Assembly (NCBI GenBank): GCA_047285305.1
Contig: JBJBDL010000003.1
Coordinates: 1,216,001 to 1,280,000, forward strand
Direction: 5' to 3'
DNA length: 64,000 bases
Source: Synechococcus sp.
GTDB taxonomy: Bacteria > Cyanobacteriota > Cyanobacteriia > PCC-6307 > Cyanobiaceae
A program made the position numbers and the translations under genes. The notes under the pieces were generated by a model. That model was not told the DNA's origin and did no database searches. It saw only the letters and a list, made by a program, of their open reading frames with translations. Below, in pieces: positions 58,968 through 64,000 of this stretch (position 1 is the stretch's first letter; every line of letters starts with the position of its first letter).

Positions 58968-60076
58968 ATATTGATTTTAGTGGTTGGCTTGTTCTGGTTG
59001 TCCCGCCAATAAAAAACTGCCTGAGTGAAAATCACGATCATTACGATTGGAATCACAGCGCAGAGCATCACAAGGCGAAATTCATCGGCCCAGCTGGCCA
59101 TAGCCGTTCGGGGCAAAACATTGTCGACCAGATACAGAACATAGAGGCCTAGAAGTAGCCCTCCTTCCAATCGGGATATTCGACCTTTCGTCCAAAAAAT
59201 TGGCATGCAGGCCAGGCTGGTGAGCAGCATTATCGGCAGGTCGTCCTGAATCAGTTCCGGGCTGACTTCAAGTCCGTTGCCAGCTGCCGCAATAGCTCCG
59301 CCGCCAAGCACCAGCATCAGGTTCAACAGGCAGCTGCCCACCACGTTGCCGATGGCCAGATCGGTGCGTCCGCGCAGGGCCGCCACCAGGGACGTGATCA
59401 ATTCGGGCATCGACGTTCCGGCTGAAACGATCGTCAGACCGATCACTGCCTCACTAACTCCCAGAAGGGTTGCGGCGCTGACTGCGCCATTCACCAGAAC
59501 CCTTGATCCGATCGAGAGAACGGTGATGCCTGCAATTAATCGCATTGAGGCGGGGATCAATCCACCTTTGCTTGCTTCGACGCTGATTTCCGGTTCAGCG
59601 CTGCCGCTGTCGTCCGGTTGTTCACGGGCGGTGCGGATCTCCCAGACGGTGTTGATCACGAGCCCCAACAGCAAGGCCAGGCCTGCTTGCCAGGTGACCC
59701 GTCCTGCTGAGGCCATGCCCCAGACCGCCGCCGAGATGGCAATCATCAGAGGCACATCTCGCCTCACCAGGCGGCTTTCAACCCGCAAGGGCAGCACAAG
59801 GGCGCTGCTGCCCAGCACCACCATCACGTTGAAGATGTTGCTGCCCACCACATTGCTAACGGCGAGGGCGTCTGCTCCCTGCAGAACCGAACTCAGGCTC
59901 ACGAACAGTTCCGGGGCGCTGGTGCCCAGAGACACCACCGTGAGGCCGATCACGAGCTGGGGAATGCCGAAGATCACCGCCATGGCGACGGACCCCTGAA
60001 CGAACAGTTCCCCGCCACCGAAGAGCAGTCCGATGCCCAGGAGCACTTGGATAGAGGCCTGCAGAAATTCAGGCAT
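58964..60076 (-). CDS. Calcium/sodium antiporter (CaCA, YrbG-like)
   Basis: Two alpha repeats GTSAPE and GTSMPE with N(V)VGS. Confidence 0.92.
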   Translation of the reverse strand: MPEFLQASIQVLLGIGLLFGGGELFVQGSVAMAVIFGIPQLVIGLTVVSLGTSAPELFVSLSSVLQGADALAVSNVVGSNIFNVMVVLGSSALVLPLRVESRLVRRDVPLMIAISAAVWGMASAGRVTWQAGLALLLGLVINTVWEIRTAREQPDDSGSAEPEISVEASKGGLIPASMRLIAGITVLSIGSRVLVNGAVSAATLLGVSEAVIGLTIVSAGTSMPELITSLVAALRGRTDLAIGNVVGSCLLNLMLVLGGGAIAAAGNGLEVSPELIQDDLPIMLLTSLACMPIFWTKGRISRLEGGLLLGLYVLYLVDNVLPRTAMASWADEFRLVMLCAVIPIVMIVIFTQAVFYWRDNQNKPTTKINI

Positions 60077-60157
60077 GGGGCGTGCTCAGCTGTACGGGGA
60101 TTCTGCTTTGAAGCGAATCAACCTAAGGTCACTCATCTGGGTAATAGATAAGAAACC

Positions 60158-61807
60158 TTGTTAAACCGGATCAGCACCAGCAACCTCCGGGGTGACGCCT
60201 TTGGTGGCGTGACCGCCGCGGTGATTGCTCTGCCGATGGCCCTGGCCTTCGGGGTCGCCGCAACGGGTGACCCTGCCCCTGGGCTTTGGGGCGCCGTGAT
60301 CATCGGCTTGGTGGCGTCTCTCTTCGGCGGAACGCCCACCTTGATCTCCGAACCCACCGGTCCAATGACCGTGGTGTTCACGTCGGTGATCCTGAGCTTC
60401 ACCGCCACAGCTCCGGACAAGGAAACGGCCATGGCCATGGCCTTCACCGTGGTCATCCTGGCGGGTCTGTTTCAGATCCTTTTTGGCGTCTTCCGTCTGG
60501 GTCGATACGTCACCCAGATGCCTTACACCGTGATCTCTGGCTTCATGTCGGGGATTGGAGCCATCCTGGTGATTCTCCAGCTGCCCGCTTTCCTGGGGCA
60601 GACCGCATCGGGCGGGGTGATGGGAACCCTGTCCAACCTGCCGGGCTTGATTGCCGGAATTCAGCCGATGGAGCTGGCGCTGGCGTTGATCACCGTTGCG
60701 ATCCTTTGGTTCACCCCAGCCAGCGTGAAGCGTTTCTGCCCGCCGCAGCTGCTGGCGCTGGTGCTGGGAACGGTGCTGTCGATGACCCTGTTCCACGACG
60801 CCGGTCTCAAGACCATTCCGCCGTTCAATGCTGAGCTCCCCAGCCTGCATGTGCCCACCTTTTCGGGCGGCCAGCTGCGTTTGATGTTCGTGGATGCTGC
60901 AGTGCTGGGCATGCTCGGCTGCATCGATGCGCTGCTCACCTCCGTTGTGGCTGACAGCCTCACCCGCACGGAGCACAACTCCAACAAGGAATTGGTGGGT
61001 CAGGGACTGGCCAACATCGCTTCGGGCGTCTTTGGCGGACTGCCTGGGGCGGGAGCCACGATGGGCACCGTCGTGAACATTCAGGCCGGCGGACGTTCAG
61101 CCCTGTCGGGCATTGTCCGTGCGCTGATTCTGATGGTGGTCGTTCTGGCTGCCGCGCCCCTTGCGTCCACGATTCCCCTCGCTGTGCTGGCGGGCATCGC
61201 CCTGAAGGTGGGCATCGACATCATTGATTGGGATTTCCTCCAACGGGCCCACCACCTCTCGGTGAAAGCTGCGGTGATCACCTACGGCGTGATTGCGCTC
61301 ACGGTGCTGGTGGATCTCATCACTGCAGTGGGTATCGGAGTTTTCGTGGCCAACGTGCTCACCATTGATCGGATGAGCGCGTTGCAGTCCAGAAAAGTGA
61401 AAACGATCAGCACCGCCGATGACGATGTGGAGCTGACCGATGAAGAGCAGGTGTTGCTGGATCAGGCCTCCGGCAAGGTTCTGTTGTTCCAGCTCGCCGG
61501 ACCGATGATCTTCGGCGTGGCCAAGGCCATCTCGCGTGAGCACAACGCCATCGGCAATTGTCAGGCGGTGGTCTTCGACCTCTCCGAGGTGTCCCACCTG
61601 GGGGTCACCGCTGCGATCGCCCTCGAGAATGCCGTCAAGGAAGCGATTGAAGAGAGTCGTCAGGTGTTCCTGGTCGGTGCAACGGGCAGCACGGAGAAGC
61701 GCCTGCAGAAGCTGAAGCTGTTGGATCGGCTCCCCCAAAGCCACATCACTGGTGATCGCCTCGATGCTTTGCGTCTTGCCGTGAACGGTTTGCAGCTGAA
61801 TGTCTGA
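60158..61807 (+). CDS. bicA: SulP family anion transporter (BicA-like bicarbonate transporter)
   Basis: [35 protein letters not shown] domain. Confidence 0.85.
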   Translation: MLNRISTSNLRGDAFGGVTAAVIALPMALAFGVAATGDPAPGLWGAVIIGLVASLFGGTPTLISEPTGPMTVVFTSVILSFTATAPDKETAMAMAFTVVILAGLFQILFGVFRLGRYVTQMPYTVISGFMSGIGAILVILQLPAFLGQTASGGVMGTLSNLPGLIAGIQPMELALALITVAILWFTPASVKRFCPPQLLALVLGTVLSMTLFHDAGLKTIPPFNAELPSLHVPTFSGGQLRLMFVDAAVLGMLGCIDALLTSVVADSLTRTEHNSNKELVGQGLANIASGVFGGLPGAGATMGTVVNIQAGGRSALSGIVRALILMVVVLAAAPLASTIPLAVLAGIALKVGIDIIDWDFLQRAHHLSVKAAVITYGVIALTVLVDLITAVGIGVFVANVLTIDRMSALQSRKVKTISTADDDVELTDEEQVLLDQASGKVLLFQLAGPMIFGVAKAISREHNAIGNCQAVVFDLSEVSHLGVTAAIALENAVKEAIEESRQVFLVGATGSTEKRLQKLKLLDRLPQSHITGDRLDALRLAVNGLQLNV

Positions 61808-62846
61808 TCAGATCTCGATCATCGCCCCTGATGATTGGCACGTGCATCTCCGCGACGGGGAGATGCTCAACCAGGTTGTGGCCCATACCGCCCGCCGTTT
61901 TCAGCGGGCCATCGTGATGCCCAACCTGCGTCCCCCGGTGACCACGGTGGCTGCTGCACGGGCATACCGCGACCGTATTAAGGCGGCGTGCCCCGCTGAT
62001 CTGGAGTTCACGCCGCTGATGACGGCGTACCTCACGGATTCGATCGCTCCTGCCGAGTTGGAGACAGGATTTCGAGAGGGCGTTTTTGCTGCCGCCAAGC
62101 TTTATCCCGCCAACGCCACCACCAATTCCGCCGCAGGGGTGACGGATCTGCTGCAGATCGATCCCGTGCTGGAAACGATGGCCCGGATCGGCATGCCCTT
62201 GCTGATCCATGGTGAAGTCACGGACAGCGAGATCGATATCTTCGACCGAGAGGCGGTGTTCATCGAACGCCATCTGGCACCACTGCGGGACCGCCATCCC
62301 GAGCTGAAGGTTGTGTTCGAGCACATCACCACCGAACAAGCGGTGCAATACGTCAGCTCAGCGGATCGTCATCTCGCCGCCACCATTACCCCCCACCATC
62401 TGCACATCAACCGCAACGCGATGTTTGCCGGCGGGTTGCGCAGTGATTTTTATTGCCTCCCCGTGGCCAAGCGGGAATGCCACCGTCAGGCCCTGCGCCG
62501 GGCGGCCACCAGCGGTGACCCACGCTTCTTTCTCGGCACCGATACGGCGCCGCATGAACGGGCATCCAAGGAAAGTGCCTGCGGATGCGCCGGCATCTTC
62601 AATGCGCCCTTCGCCCTGGAGAGCTATGCCCAGGTTTTTGATGAGGAGGGTGCTCTGGAGCATCTCGAAGCCTTCACCAGCCTGAATGGGCCGGCCTTCT
62701 ACAACTGTCCAGCCAACACGCGTCGCATCACGTTGCAACGCCGTGACCATCTCGTGCCGGAACTTGTGAATGGACTGGTTCCTTTCCATGCTGGAGAGAT
62801 CCTGTCCTGGGCCGTTGCCGATGCACCTGATCAAGTTCAGCTCTGA
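61800..62846 (+). CDS. pyrC: Dihydroorotase
   Basis: [36 protein letters not shown]. Confidence 0.96.
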   Translation: MSDQISIIAPDDWHVHLRDGEMLNQVVAHTARRFQRAIVMPNLRPPVTTVAAARAYRDRIKAACPADLEFTPLMTAYLTDSIAPAELETGFREGVFAAAKLYPANATTNSAAGVTDLLQIDPVLETMARIGMPLLIHGEVTDSEIDIFDREAVFIERHLAPLRDRHPELKVVFEHITTEQAVQYVSSADRHLAATITPHHLHINRNAMFAGGLRSDFYCLPVAKRECHRQALRRAATSGDPRFFLGTDTAPHERASKESACGCAGIFNAPFALESYAQVFDEEGALEHLEAFTSLNGPAFYNCPANTRRITLQRRDHLVPELVNGLVPFHAGEILSWAVADAPDQVQL

Positions 62847-63123
62847 AGACTGCGGTACCTGTCACCGCATGAGTCACTACGACGGCAAGGTGGCCGAGGA
62901 ACTCGGCTGCAGCTTCATCTCCGTGATGCTGCAGGACACGGAGATGTATCGGAAATACCGGAAGATCCTGCTCAAGCAGTACCCCAACAAGGAGGGGATG
63001 GGCTGGCCCACCTACCTCCTGGTGAACGATCCCGATGGAGATTTTTCGATCGAGGGAGAACTGAAGGGCGGCATGCCCAAGGGAGATTTCCGCACCAAGC
63101 TGGCTGAGTTGTTGCCGTCTTGA
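62821..63123 (+). CDS. Thioredoxin-like protein
   Basis: [10 protein letters not shown] (CxxC), GWPTY. Confidence 0.75.
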   Translation: MHLIKFSSEDCGTCHRMSHYDGKVAEELGCSFISVMLQDTEMYRKYRKILLKQYPNKEGMGWPTYLLVNDPDGDFSIEGELKGGMPKGDFRTKLAELLPS

Positions 63124-63130
63124 GCTCAGG

Positions 63131-63219
63131 TGGTGGGGGCAGGGGGACTTGAACCCCCACAGGCCTTTCGGCCCAAGCGATTTTAAGTCGCGTGCGTCTA
63201 CCGATTCCGCCATGCCCCC
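63131..63219 (-). tRNA. tRNA-Leu (UAA), intron-less, CCA encoded
   Basis: GGGGGCA...CTTAAAA anticodon loop, long variable arm, TTCAAGT, TGCCCCCACCA. Confidence 0.95.
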
Positions 63220-63258
63220 GCCCGGACATCTTAGATTTCCCCCAGATGTCCTCAGGCC

Positions 63259-63510
63259 TTGGACCTTTCGTCCCTGCTTTCTCAAGTCCCACAGGACACG
63301 TTGTTGGTTCTGTTGGCCTACACCGTTCTGGGCGGCCTGTATCTCGTTGTGGTTCCCCTCGCCCTGTACGCGTGGATGAACCAGCGTTGGCATCGCATGG
63401 GCAAGCTGGAGCGTCTGGGCATCTATGGCCTGGTCTTCCTCTTTTTCCCGGGGATGATTCTTTTTGCCCCCTTCCTCAATTTCCGGCTGAGCGGGCAAGG
63501 AGACGTCTGA
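63259..63510 (+). CDS. ndhL: NDH-1 subunit L
   Basis: YLVVVP...[10 protein letters not shown]...[17 protein letters not shown]. Confidence 0.9.
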   Translation: MDLSSLLSQVPQDTLLVLLAYTVLGGLYLVVVPLALYAWMNQRWHRMGKLERLGIYGLVFLFFPGMILFAPFLNFRLSGQGDV

Positions 63511-63511
63511 A

Positions 63512-63868
63512 TTGACGCGTGGCAAGGTTCTTCTGATCGGACTTGCAGTCCTCCTGCTGGGCGGGCTTGGGCAAGTCGGCTTTCAGGCTGCAGGCTTTGA
63601 GGGGTTTTCGGCAGGAATTGCTGCGGAGGCCCTGCTGGTTGTGATTGTGGTGGTGTGGACAAGCTCTTACCTGTTCCGTGTGGTCACCGGCCAGATGACC
63701 TACATGGACCAGCGGCGTCGCTACCGCGAGGTGTACGACAAACAGGAAGCGGAGGCGCTTCAAGCCCGTTTTGATGCTCTCCCCGATGAGGAGCAACAGG
63801 CGCTGTTGCGCAAAATTGGAGCGGATGCCTCGGTTCCCGTGGACGGCGATGCCCCCGTCGACTCATAG
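63512..63868 (+). CDS. DUF3007 family protein
   Basis: SAGIAAE...SYLFRVVTGQMTYMDQRRRY; ndhL-DUF3007-trpA order. Confidence 0.85.
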   Translation: MTRGKVLLIGLAVLLLGGLGQVGFQAAGFEGFSAGIAAEALLVVIVVVWTSSYLFRVVTGQMTYMDQRRRYREVYDKQEAEALQARFDALPDEEQQALLRKIGADASVPVDGDAPVDS

Positions 63869-63902
63869 GCTTCCGAAGTTTGTTCCTGGTCGGTTGACCG
63901 AG

Positions 63903-64000
63903 ATGCCCAATCAGCAGTCCTCTTCCATCGCCCAGCGCTTTGAGCAGCTGAAGCAGGACGGTCGCCTCGCCTTGATGCCATTCCTGATGGCCGGCGATCC
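63903..64000 (+). CDS. trpA: Tryptophan synthase alpha chain (3'-truncated by window edge)
   Basis: IAQRFEQLKQDGRLALMPFLMAGD. Confidence 0.88.
   Translation, partial: MPNQQSSSIAQRFEQLKQDGRLALMPFLMAGD

Noticed and set aside
63131..63219. Group I intron or island at tRNA-Leu(UAA)
   Set aside because: Anticodon loop is uninterrupted and flanks are core genes

Overview
GC-rich cyanobacterial chromosome segment. Gene content, order and codon style point to a marine Synechococcus (inference). Positions ~1-27.4 kb and ~46.2-64 kb are core housekeeping genes: ffh, rpsP, phoH, era, trmD-ispF fusion, thiS/thiE, ribF, surE, pheS, NAD kinase, cbiET, GH116, ribD, SRAP, ftsH, argF, lexA; then ridA, gloB, hisG, dnaA, gor, SulP/BicA, pyrC, tRNA-Leu(UAA), ndhL, trpA. 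Between them lies a ~17-19 kb lower-GC island anchored at tRNA-Ala(GGC) (27431-27503). The tRNA 3' end recurs at 33248-33300 and, degenerate, at 44730-44769, so this is a tandem array of decayed tRNA-integrating elements (tycheposon/satellite-like). It retains broken integrases, arm-type repeats, TerS-like and excisionase-like remnants, and cargo (glycosyltransferase, methyltransferase, RTX protein, many small ORFs). The most striking signal is non-coding and lies in the island: (i) a ~390-nt multi-helix plus-strand RNA candidate (35267-35656); (ii) a three-copy hairpin+GAGCCAAG motif with fixed spacing, twice preceding the same small-protein family; (iii) two inverted cassettes of NtcA box, glutamine (Downstream-peptide) riboswitch, YRG peptide and terminator; (iv) a divergent pair of short terminator-ended units with a 15-bp mutual complementarity and a (GACTG)6 repeat. 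All family assignments are by eye from motifs; no database searches were run.
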